This document shows, piece by piece, positions 52,573-61,864 of a stretch of 64,000 nucleotides of DNA. Origin of the DNA: Bdellovibrionales bacterium (GTDB taxonomy: Bacteria; Bdellovibrionota; Bdellovibrionia; Bdellovibrionales; UBA1609). Every line of letters starts with the position of its first letter. The first letter of the stretch is position 1. Location: positions 96,001 through 160,000 of the forward strand of contig CBDHDF010000011.1 of assembly GCA_965261545.1 (NCBI GenBank), read 5' to 3'. The position numbers were made by a program, and so were the translations under genes. Below the pieces are notes generated by a model, which was not told the origin of the DNA, ran no database searches, and saw only the letters and a list, made by a program, of their open reading frames with translations.

Positions 52573-54438
52573 TTACATAGGCGTCCTCACAAGGCGGAAA
52601 CCGACACCGTACCAGCGAAAATCAGGCCGATCGAAGGAACGATAGGAAGAGCGCAGGAAGCGAGCGCCGTCGTCCCAACCGCCACCACGCATAACACGGG
52701 TAGAGCCATTTTTCGGACCTCTAGGGTCTGTGACAGGACCAAAATCATACCAAGGTTTAGAATACTCCTCCTCCTCATACCAATCTTCGACCCACTCCCA
52801 CACATTTCCATGAACATCATAAAGCCCTAGGGGATTGGAGCTCAACAATGCCACGGACCTTGATTGTCGGCTTTGTTTGCCAGATCCAGAGTTCCCCCTA
52901 TACCAACCATAGTTTTTAAGTTCTGAAGGATTGTCACCAAAGGAATAGGCTGTTTTTGTGCCTGCTTTTGCACCACCCCTGGCTGCAAATTCCCACTCCG
53001 CTTCCGTAGGCAAACGGTATTCATATTTGTCACCGTGGGACTCTCTCGCCCTGCGATTGTACTCATTTATAAATTCTTGGACGTCCTCCCAAGACACTCT
53101 CTCCACAGGATGATCGGCGCACATTGAAACTCCATCTTGTTCCATATAACTTTCTGGGCAATGCTCTTTTTCTTGGAATTTTGAAGGATTTGTCCCCATC
53201 ACAACAAACCACTGCCATTGAGTCACCTCTGTGGTGCTTATTTCAAAGGGCTTAGAAATTGTTACTTTATGAGGGGTCTCATCTGAATCTCGACCTTTTT
53301 CAGTCTTAGGGCTCCCCATGGTGAAAGAACCTGCGGACACGGGGACAAAACCATATTGAGACAAGCTTCGTCTCACATAGGCTCTCAACACACTGTATTC
53401 AATACCTGTTTTGTCTTTTGAATAAAGACGTGTATTCATCCGAGGGCTTCCTATCACTTCATCCACCAAGCTTTCAATGACTCCGTTAAGAACTCTCACG
53501 GCAGAAGCAAACTCCTGCTTGCTGTCAATTTTTGAGTCAAGTTCTTCAAGGTTTTTTCTTAAGGCAGCTAATTGTTTTATAAGAGATCCTGCATTTTCTT
53601 CTCCATAGGCGTCTATGAACTTTTCTATGCCTGAGACCTTTTCCTTGGCCTCATCTCTTTGTCGAACGAGGTCATGGACACTGGGAGCTTCCATGCCCTC
53701 TTTATAGGCTTTGACCTGCCGAGCCTCTTTGGGACTTAGGGTAGGAAGCTCATTAACTCTTAGCACGGATTGAAGGCGACGCTTAAAGTCACTCACGGGG
53801 ACTTTTTTTATAAGTGCACCATCGGGCCGCTGGCAATCACTCACCTCATTTATAACAGAACCCACTTCACACTCTTGGATCACAATCTTATCTTCTCCTT
53901 GGTGGCTTTTTTCTTTATAAAATAAAATCACATCACCATCGGGGCCTACAAGATTCACAGAAGAGGGCCTTCTTTTGTCACCCCTCTTATCACTATCACC
54001 TCTTTTCGTACCATGAGGACGAGATCCACGAGGTCCGCTGTGGGAACCATGGCCACCATGGGAACTATAATGACCTTGGAAGCCAGATCCATGGGGTAAC
54101 TGGAGTCGGCCTCCTGATTTTAGGGTGATTCGCCTCATCTTTTCTTCATGCTTACGAACCACAGCCTTGTAGGAGGCGGTACGGTCTTCTGGTGTAGATG
54201 ATGTAGATAGAGGTAGAGGTGCAGGTAGAGGTGCAGAAGAGTCCCTTGATGGATTTGTATGATTCTGATTCTGGTTCTGATTCAGACCTTTGTCTTGACT
54301 CTCTCGGCTCTCTTTGCCCTCTTGGCTCACTCGGCCCTCTTTGCTCAAAAAGGCACATGAAGGCAGAACCATCAACAGTGACAATAACCACAAAAGCAAT
54401 AAAGGTCTCATGGACCTTATGGGTTTCATTCCTTTCAT
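52573..54438 (-). CDS. Lipoprotein with coiled coil and C-terminal FGE-sulfatase (SUMF1/CLec) domain
   Basis: Lipobox LPSC; FTMGSP, RLPTEAEWEFAARG, NPLGLYDVHGNVWEW and RGGGW...GFRL motifs; start chosen by RBS AAGGAG. Confidence 0.88.
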   Translation of the reverse strand: MKGMKPIRSMRPLLLLWLLSLLMVLPSCAFLSKEGRVSQEGKESRESQDKGLNQNQNQNHTNPSRDSSAPLPAPLPLSTSSTPEDRTASYKAVVRKHEEKMRRITLKSGGRLQLPHGSGFQGHYSSHGGHGSHSGPRGSRPHGTKRGDSDKRGDKRRPSSVNLVGPDGDVILFYKEKSHQGEDKIVIQECEVGSVINEVSDCQRPDGALIKKVPVSDFKRRLQSVLRVNELPTLSPKEARQVKAYKEGMEAPSVHDLVRQRDEAKEKVSGIEKFIDAYGEENAGSLIKQLAALRKNLEELDSKIDSKQEFASAVRVLNGVIESLVDEVIGSPRMNTRLYSKDKTGIEYSVLRAYVRRSLSQYGFVPVSAGSFTMGSPKTEKGRDSDETPHKVTISKPFEISTTEVTQWQWFVVMGTNPSKFQEKEHCPESYMEQDGVSMCADHPVERVSWEDVQEFINEYNRRARESHGDKYEYRLPTEAEWEFAARGGAKAGTKTAYSFGDNPSELKNYGWYRGNSGSGKQSRQSRSVALLSSNPLGLYDVHGNVWEWVEDWYEEEEYSKPWYDFGPVTDPRGPKNGSTRVMRGGGWDDGARFLRSSYRSFDRPDFRWYGVGFRLVRTPM

Positions 54439-54655
54439 TTTTTGATCTCCTTTCATTTTTTGCTTTGGCGGCACTTTACTTAACTCTTGCCCTCTTTAGC
54501 CATTGACTTGAAGCCATAAACTCACCCACTATCTGAACAACCTTAGCCTCATTGACTCAAGCCTACCTACTTGACTTTACTTATGTCACTGAGTGATTGT
54601 CGATACAAAATAGTACAAACTTGAATTCCTAGACTTTGCGAGGACTCCACTGACA

Positions 54656-55634
54656 TTGCCACCAAAGAAAACCTCAGAAAAAAGAAAACAACAGTCTCAG
54701 TCCCATAATGCTCTATTCAATGAAACTTTCCTGAATGAGAGATATTGCCTAGACATTTTCCGTCTTGTCTTGACGACACAGGAGTTTAAGCTCTTTAACT
54801 GGAAAACTCTCAAACCAGAAATAACTGTCTTTACAGATGAAGAGGGCAATGAGCGGCGCATTGACCTTTTATTCTCAGTTCAAGTCAAGGGGTCCCAAAA
54901 ACGGGTACGTCTTTTTTTTCTGCTCGAACACAAAAGTCATCAGGATTCTCAAGTTCTCCAACAAATTCTGAGGTACCAGACCCTTGTTTACAATCGCTGG
55001 AATTATCCGGTCATTCCCATACTGGTCTATCACGGACGACAAAAACACTGGAGTAAAATCACGAAATGGTCCCCTGAATTTTCAAGACTCTCTGGATGGA
55101 CTCACTCCCGTTTTAAGACAAAAATTTGGGAAAAATATCCTCAATTTTCGTTGTAAGTTGTTGAATATCCATGATATAAACCTTTACCGTGGAGTTGGCA
55201 GAAATTTGCTTTCTAGGCCGATTTTGCTTATAATGAGTAGTATCTGGAAGCTTCGCCATGAGACCATTGTGGAGCTGTTTCAGATGGGTACAAACTTGGG
55301 TGAGAAGGATCAAAAGTTCCTTATTCAAAAGGCGGTGGATTATATCCACCGAAACGATTCAAATTTCACGCTAAGTGTGCTCAGTAAGATTGAAAAAGAA
55401 AGTATCGAGGAGGAGCAAAGAGTTATGTCAGCATTGCAATGTTCTTTGGATGAAGCTGAGGAAAAGGGAATGAGAAAGGGCCTTAAGAAGGGCCGTGAAG
55501 AGGGTATTAAGGGCATTAAAAAGAGCCGCGAAGAAACAGCGTTACGAATGATTCAAAATGGCTTTGAGGCAAAAACGATTTGTCTATGTACTGGGCTTAC
55601 TTCCAAAGAAGTGAAGGAACTCTCAGAAAAATGA
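54656..55634 (+). pseudogene. Rpn-family (recombination-promoting nuclease/putative transposase), frameshifted
   Basis: HNALF, RIDLLF, LLEHKS and VIPILVYHG motifs; frame change near 55055; C-terminal EKG.RKG.KKG...TGL tail. Confidence 0.85.
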
Positions 55635-55957
55635 CAAAAACTCCTTAAATGCTCTAAAAACACTATTTCAGAATTTCCCTTGTTCATAACTCAAAAGGAA
55701 ATCCCTTCTGTTGCTGGCTTCTTCAAATGAAGGTTTTCGATCAGTATTTGTCACAAAATCCATTTTATATTTTGTGGCAAATCGGCTTCCCATGTGCTCT
55801 TCATGGAGCTAATTCTTTCGATTTTTCTTAACTTATAACTTGTCTAGTAAAGAAGTGATTGATATTATTGCAAACAACTGCCAGGAAGAAGATGGCAGGG
55901 ATCAGAGTGTAAGTTAAAAATAAGTCACGAGATAAGTAACGGACTTGCGACTTTGAT

Positions 55958-56161
55958 ATGCTCTTTGACAATTTAGCTTGGTTAACAACTGAAGAAACTG
56001 CACGCTATCTTCGCAAAAGCGTTAATGCCATCAGGATTCTGGTATATCGCAGAATTTTGAGGGCAAGAAAGTTTAGGCGAAGGCTGTATTTCAAAAGAGA
56101 AGAGTTGGATATGCTCATTGAAACCTCACAACATATGGGAGGTTACAAATGGCAATTTTAA
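55958..56161 (+). CDS. Excisionase-like HTH protein, copy 4
   Basis: As copy 1. Confidence 0.85.
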   Translation: MLFDNLAWLTTEETARYLRKSVNAIRILVYRRILRARKFRRRLYFKREELDMLIETSQHMGGYKWQF

Positions 56162-57312
56162 CTTATGAAAAAAATGGAAAACAGCTTTTCCGAGTCTATG
56201 TTCAGGGGCGAGGAAAGGTAGACACTTCTATAAGGGTCCAAAAGAATAAATTTAATATAGAGACTCTTAAGGATGCGTGCAAAGAAGAGAAAAGGCTTAT
56301 TAGAGCTGTTTCAGATGAGATCAATAAGATCGAAGGACGAGGGCTGAAATGGAGGGATGTCATTTATCGCTGGGAAACCTATGCTTTGCAAGGACTTCTC
56401 GGAGATAAACAAAAAGACCCCCATTACATCAAGGACCATGTAAACCGACTGCTCCATTATACAAAGCTTTGGCTTGACTGCGTGGCTTCCGAACTCACTA
56501 AGGGGGATGGAAGACTTGTCTTGAGTCAGGCGAAAGAAAGTGGAGGCAAGGAAGGTTCACTAAAAAAAATCAAATCCTCTGTAAATGTAGTCTTCAAGTG
56601 GGCTATTGAGGAAAAGCTGGTCGTTGGTGTTCACTCAAGCCCTACTGAGGGAGTTAATGTTTCAGACAAGGCGGAGAAGGTTCCTAAGATTCTCACCTTA
56701 GAAGAGATTAAAACTCTTCTCAAAGGAGCTAAAGAAGAGCAGCATCCTTGGTATCATATTTGGTCTTTTGCATTTCTTACTGGAATGAGAAGTGGCGAAT
56801 TGAAGGCATTGCAGTGGAAGGATATTGATTTTGATCGACAAACAATATTGGTCTCCAAGTCCTACAGCCATCGTAAGCGAGTGATAAAATGCACTAAAGC
56901 TGGTTACTGGCGAAACGTACCCATTTCCAGTGACCTTTTGAAGATTATCACCGAGCTTCAGAAAGATGGTCACTGTGACCCTGAAGGCTTTGTCCTTCCA
57001 AGGCATGGGACATGGACCAATGGTGAAGCTGGAAAGGTTTTGAGAGCATTTCTAAAGAAATATAACATAAATCAACATGTTGTATTTCACACACTCAGGG
57101 CTTGCTTTGCGACTCACATGTTAGCTCATGGGGTAAATCAAGCCACCGTTATGAAAATCGGTGGCTGGAGAGACATTAAGACTTTCCAGATCTACCTTCG
57201 GCTTGCTGGGGTTGAGGTCAAAGGCGCAACAGAGGTGTTGCAAGTGATTCCAACTATTGACTCTCTCGTTCCTAAAAACAATGTGATCGACTTTCCTTTG
57301 GCGCAAGGTTAA
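56149..57312 (+). CDS. Tyrosine integrase, copy 4 (intact)
   Basis: Differs from copy 3 by one visible residue (DII/DVI). Confidence 0.94.
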   Translation: MAILTYEKNGKQLFRVYVQGRGKVDTSIRVQKNKFNIETLKDACKEEKRLIRAVSDEINKIEGRGLKWRDVIYRWETYALQGLLGDKQKDPHYIKDHVNRLLHYTKLWLDCVASELTKGDGRLVLSQAKESGGKEGSLKKIKSSVNVVFKWAIEEKLVVGVHSSPTEGVNVSDKAEKVPKILTLEEIKTLLKGAKEEQHPWYHIWSFAFLTGMRSGELKALQWKDIDFDRQTILVSKSYSHRKRVIKCTKAGYWRNVPISSDLLKIITELQKDGHCDPEGFVLPRHGTWTNGEAGKVLRAFLKKYNINQHVVFHTLRACFATHMLAHGVNQATVMKIGGWRDIKTFQIYLRLAGVEVKGATEVLQVIPTIDSLVPKNNVIDFPLAQG

Positions 57313-57460
57313 GAACATCTATGAAACAGTAAAATAATTCTTCAGTTGAGAGGTGCCTTTGGCATTTCTCAACATTTCTTAAATTTGCTAATCATTGCTA
57401 AATAGGTTTGTATAACCTATTGAAATTATTGGATATTCGGAGATTTTTATTCTCCACCTC

Positions 57461-58369
57461 CATAACAATGAGAGAAAGGCTGCACAAACTCATTTCAAAA
57501 AATTGTTTGAAAACGATGTTGTGGTTTATGATCGTGGCTATTATTCCTACGAAATGCTTCATGAGCATAAGGTGCGAAGTCTGCATGCGGTGTTTAGGAT
57601 AAGGAGAAATGCCAACACTGTTTTTGATGAATTTATTAATAATGATCAAAAAGACTCAGTGATCCAAGTCATTCCTAGCAAGCAAATTCTGAAAGAACTA
57701 CATAAAAAAAAGCCACAAGACGACTTCAAAGCCTACGCTTTGCGTTTGGTCAAATATAAAATTGGACAAACTACTTTTGTTCTAGGAACAACCTTAATGG
57801 ATCAAAAAAAATATTCCATTGATGATCTGGCCAATCTCTATCATGGACGCTGGAGTATAGAGGAACTGTACAAAATATCCAAAGAACTGATGACCATTGA
57901 AGAGTTTCATTCTCAAAGTGAAAGGGGAGTCAAACAAGAATTGTTTGCACACTTCACACTTATCACTCTGACAAGATTATTTTCCAACTACACGGAAGAC
58001 CGTCTTAATACATCTCAATCCCATAGTAAAAAACAAACCATGCAGACAAACTTTAAAAACAATTTACTGACAATTGCAAGAAATATTGAAGGTCTTTTTC
58101 TTCAACAAAAGGTAGTGCTTAGTAAAACCCTCAATTGCATCATTACAAATATGAAGACCTGCCGACAAAGGCTACGTCCGAATAGGCATTACGACCGAGT
58201 TTCTAGAAAACCCATCGGAGTATGGAGACCCAGTAAAGAGGTTAGGGGGGCTATGGCCAACGGATAATCACATGGATCAAAGAAAAAAACTTGGGGTTAG
58301 CCCACCCCCGAGGAGTTAGAGGTTCAAATCCTTAACCGAATGGGATCTCTCACTAAACGAATGCCATTG
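57461..58369 (+). pseudogene. 5'-truncated IS4-family transposase with right IR
   Basis: NERKAA...VVVYDRGYYS and YHGRWSIEELYK motifs; ORF stops at 58267; segment ends ...GAATGCCATTG (IS4-type end). Confidence 0.82.
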
Positions 58370-58455
58370 CCCGATGGGCGGGTTAAACCAGGCCATTTGT
58401 GGGCGGGCAAACCAGGCCATTTAGGGTGATCTGACAAGATGGGCTCACCCTACCT

Positions 58456-59226
58456 TTAATTTTTTATCTTGACAAGTCGGTTTGAAGCTTCCTTCAATCG
58501 GTAGCTTTTTCCCTCAAATTTTAATAGTTGGCTGCAGTGGAGAAGGCGATCCAGGATGGCAGAGGCCACGGTATTATCGCCCAAACACTTTCCCCAGCCC
58601 TCAATAATGCGATTGGAGGTAATAAGAGTGCTTTTTCTCGCTGAGTATCGATCCAGAATGATTTCCTGGAAGTCATCGCAAGCCTCTGGCGGAATGCGCT
58701 TTCTAAGAAAAAGATCATCAATGATCAACAGGTCCACATGGATGAGTTGGGTGTAGAACCTCTTTCTGCGCCCCAGCTGCCTGGCCTCAAAGAGATTTTC
58801 AAAGAGCTTGTGAGCTTCTTGATACAAAACCTTGTAATTTGATATGGAACAGACCTTGGTGGCTATAGCTTTTGCAATGTGGCTTTTTCCAGTTCCAGGG
58901 GAGCCAATAAGCAAGGCTCCCTCCCCCTGCTTGATGAACTTCAAGTTCATTAATTCCAAGATCATTGGCTTGGGTATTTTTGGGTTAAAATTCCAATCAA
59001 AGCCGGTGAGGGTGGACTCTTCCGTGAGCTTGGATGCTTTGAGGAGTCTCTCACATTTTTTGCTTTTCTTGAAATCCTTTTCATCCTGTAAGAGCAATGA
59101 GAAGGTCTCTTGGAAGTTTTGTTGGTTCTGTGTGTGTTGGTAACTTCGAGCCTCAAATGTTTCAAACATGCCTATAAGCTTAAGGCTTTTGAGAGTCTCT
59201 TGTATTTCTGTAGGTGACATTGGCAT
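58456..59226 (-). CDS. istB: IS21 helper ATPase
   Basis: Near-identical to 30260-31030. Confidence 0.94.
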   Translation of the reverse strand: MPMSPTEIQETLKSLKLIGMFETFEARSYQHTQNQQNFQETFSLLLQDEKDFKKSKKCERLLKASKLTEESTLTGFDWNFNPKIPKPMILELMNLKFIKQGEGALLIGSPGTGKSHIAKAIATKVCSISNYKVLYQEAHKLFENLFEARQLGRRKRFYTQLIHVDLLIIDDLFLRKRIPPEACDDFQEIILDRYSARKSTLITSNRIIEGWGKCLGDNTVASAILDRLLHCSQLLKFEGKSYRLKEASNRLVKIKN

Positions 59227-59269
59227 TGTGATTGCTCCTTTCCTCTAGAAGAGGGGTTGGGGGGGTGGA

Positions 59270-61201
59270 TTAAGTAAGGTTGGTGCTAGGCTGAGGGTGT
59301 AAGGGTGAGTGGTAGATTTCGTTGTTGGCATGTAAATCCCAGTAGATGGCATACTCGGATGGTGGTCGAATGATGTCGTGGTCTTGGGTGAGGTGGGATT
59401 CCATCTTTTTCTCATCCACAGGGGGCTGTAGTTCCTCAACAAGCCTTTTAAAGACCCTAAGAGATAAGACCCCTCTGCTCACAGCCTGAATGGCTGCTTT
59501 TTCAATAAGATCAGAGTGATATTTTTTAGCCAAGGACACCACCCCACGCATCTGCCTGTTTCCAACTCTCTCATCCACCCTGAGTAATGACTGACAAAAA
59601 GCTTTTGTTTGAGGGCCAATCTGACCCGCATCAGCTAAAATATTTTCTACATGGCGAGATGGATTATAAACACGATCTTTGTCTAGCAAAGAGAGACTCC
59701 CCGGGAGAGTGGCTTTTTGGTGGCGGCGGATAACACTCATCGTGGCAGGGTCCATAATCTCTATGTCTTTATCATAAATACGCACAATGACTTGGCTCTT
59801 TAGATCAGAAGGGTAGGCGCAATAGTAACTGTTTCCCACTTGAATGAGCCCATCGTCTGCAACTGTTCGTATCTCTTGTTTAAAAAAATCAAATTTCTTT
59901 TGGGGGAGCTTTTTGAGAAAGGGGCTCTCTTCTTCAAACATCTCAGAAACGACTCGCTTGGTGCGACCATGGACCCGAGGGCGAGCCCAAGTGTGCTCCC
60001 AGTGCATGAGCCACTCATTTTGCTCCTCAATGGTTTTAAATGTACGACCCTTCAGTGCTGTGTCCTGGGTGTGTTGAATGGCGTGCTCAACGGTTCCTTT
60101 CCTATCGGGGTCACGAACTCTTGCCGGGTCAGCAACGACCCCGTAGTGAGTCAGTACAGCGCTATAAACGGCGTTCAGCGTTGGCTCATAGATATCTGGC
60201 TTAATAACACCTTCCTTGAGATTGTCTAAGACGACATATTGAGGGCAGCCCAAAAAATAATGAAAAGCCTCCTCATGGAGTCTGCTCCACGTCTCTTGGC
60301 TGGACTTCCAAACAACCTTGCGAAAAGAGGCACGAGAGTACTTGAGGGTCATCACAAAAAGGCGAGGCCGCCTATATTTGCCTGTCCGGGGGTGAACAGT
60401 CAGAGCCCCTTGGCCATAATCCACTTGGGCTTCCTCTCCGGGGGGAAAATCCAAGCGATCATAGCGTTTGGGAGTACTCTTCTTCAGCTTCCTTACAAAT
60501 TTTTTCACGCTGTCGTAGGAGTGAGAAAAACCAAATTTCTCCACTAAATCTTGGTAGATGGCCATTCGATTGCGCTCTAAGTTCAAAGCCTGATTTTCAA
60601 TCCAAGCCCTGTGGGGCTCACAAGCCGACTGATGACATAAGGGGCGTTGAGAGGTTTTATCTTTAAGAGATTTTTTCAATCCAGGTGGTTCTATACAGTC
60701 CGTGGATCCAGTTTCTGTGGGAGCAGCCATCGGTTCCACCATGGTTGTGGATGGGCGCATGAGGCAGGCGGAGGAGTGCATGGAAGCCCCATCAGACACG
60801 ACAAGACACGCTGAGCCTGATCCTATAGGGGAAGATGGAGGCGTTTCTAAGGGGGGTGTGGCTTCCCCTAGAAGAACCTGCTGATTGAATTCTGTGGAGG
60901 AGGCCGAAACTTCCTTGGGCTTTTCGAACTGGGCCACAGGAAGGCTTGGAGGCTCCGCAGAGCAAATTTCAGGAGAACATGAAGATGAACATGACTCTGC
61001 TTCTGAGCACACCGAAAAGGCTGGAGATTTTGGCTCTATACCTCCTGTACGCCCCTTTTTGGCAATGACCCTATGGGCTTTCGCATACTCTGAAACCGTA
61101 GATCGACCTACATGTAGCCTTTTCGCTATTTTACGAAATGAGTGACCTGCTATAATTAATGTTAATATCTCTTCTTGTTTTTGTTTATTCAAGACGTTCA
61201 T
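59270..61201 (-). CDS. istA: IS21 transposase
   Basis: N-terminal HTH; PGEEAQVDYG, VLDNLK and KGTVE DDE motifs. Confidence 0.94.
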   Translation of the reverse strand: MNVLNKQKQEEILTLIIAGHSFRKIAKRLHVGRSTVSEYAKAHRVIAKKGRTGGIEPKSPAFSVCSEAESCSSSCSPEICSAEPPSLPVAQFEKPKEVSASSTEFNQQVLLGEATPPLETPPSSPIGSGSACLVVSDGASMHSSACLMRPSTTMVEPMAAPTETGSTDCIEPPGLKKSLKDKTSQRPLCHQSACEPHRAWIENQALNLERNRMAIYQDLVEKFGFSHSYDSVKKFVRKLKKSTPKRYDRLDFPPGEEAQVDYGQGALTVHPRTGKYRRPRLFVMTLKYSRASFRKVVWKSSQETWSRLHEEAFHYFLGCPQYVVLDNLKEGVIKPDIYEPTLNAVYSAVLTHYGVVADPARVRDPDRKGTVEHAIQHTQDTALKGRTFKTIEEQNEWLMHWEHTWARPRVHGRTKRVVSEMFEEESPFLKKLPQKKFDFFKQEIRTVADDGLIQVGNSYYCAYPSDLKSQVIVRIYDKDIEIMDPATMSVIRRHQKATLPGSLSLLDKDRVYNPSRHVENILADAGQIGPQTKAFCQSLLRVDERVGNRQMRGVVSLAKKYHSDLIEKAAIQAVSRGVLSLRVFKRLVEELQPPVDEKKMESHLTQDHDIIRPPSEYAIYWDLHANNEIYHSPLHPQPSTNLT

Positions 61202-61367
61202 CCTTCCCTCCCAGGTTGTTTTCTAGAAGGTATTTTACAATACGCCTTGTCAGATATTAAATTTTAAATGGCCTGGTTTGCCCGCCCACAAATGGCCTGG
61301 TTTGCCCTCCCCTCCGGGCCTCGATGCGATAACTAGTCGCTGTCGCGAAATAGACTTAAGAAATCCA

Positions 61368-61808
61368 TCATTCAGCTTCAAGGTGGTCTTTTTGATAAAT
61401 ATAATTTTCAATTTGCATAAGATTTTTAAATGGACTCCTCTCCTGAAGATAGCGAGTAGAGAATTCTGGGTCAAAATGGTTCATTTTACACATATCCATG
61501 ATGATTTTTGCTTTTGGCCCCACTGTCCTTTTTGATGTGTTGAAGTGCTCAACAATCTCATCCATGGAAACATATGGTGACGTCTTGCTATCATAAAGAA
61601 AGTTAATTCTCCCAATGGCATGAATAATCCCCGCAGCCCAAATTTCTACTCTTCCTGTCATGTAAGGGACTTGTCTTTTTCGAGACATTCTTGCTACTAC
61701 ACCGTGACAGAGGTTTTTATACTCATCGTTTATATATTGGTCACAAAAATCACTAATAGCCTTTTCAAGTTCTTTCCTTCTTGGTTGAATGATTTGCTTC
61801 TTTTTCAT
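61368..61808 (-). CDS. Passenger hypothetical protein (DUF6398-like)
   Basis: Identical protein to 43204-43644. Confidence 0.7.
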   Translation of the reverse strand: MKKKQIIQPRRKELEKAISDFCDQYINDEYKNLCHGVVARMSRKRQVPYMTGRVEIWAAGIIHAIGRINFLYDSKTSPYVSMDEIVEHFNTSKRTVGPKAKIIMDMCKMNHFDPEFSTRYLQERSPFKNLMQIENYIYQKDHLEAE

Positions 61809-61864
61809 TGGGCCTCCTGTTAACCTTATTACCATGTTTCACCTCATGATAAAGGATTATCGCT

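Larger units (their letters stand above)
24435..57462. mobile_element. Genomic island at tRNA-Cys (tandem integrative elements)
   Basis: Starts at the tRNA 3' end; CCACCTCCA recurs at 57454-57462 downstream of the last integrase; contains relaxase, integrases and defence cargo. The right boundary is tentative. Confidence 0.65.
58370..61318 (-). mobile_element. IS21-family element, copy 2 (intact)
   Basis: 2949 bp; same ends as copy 1; no TSD. Confidence 0.93.

Noticed and set aside
55052..55067. 16-bp identity (GTAAAATCACGAAATG) between the Rpn frameshift site and the IS4 at ~27699
   Set aside because: About one such match is expected by chance in an AT-rich 64-kb self-comparison.
36772..57312. 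Integrases as integron IntI with attC cassettes
   Set aside because: No IntI-specific insertion recognised, each is paired with an xis, and no attC-like repeats were seen.
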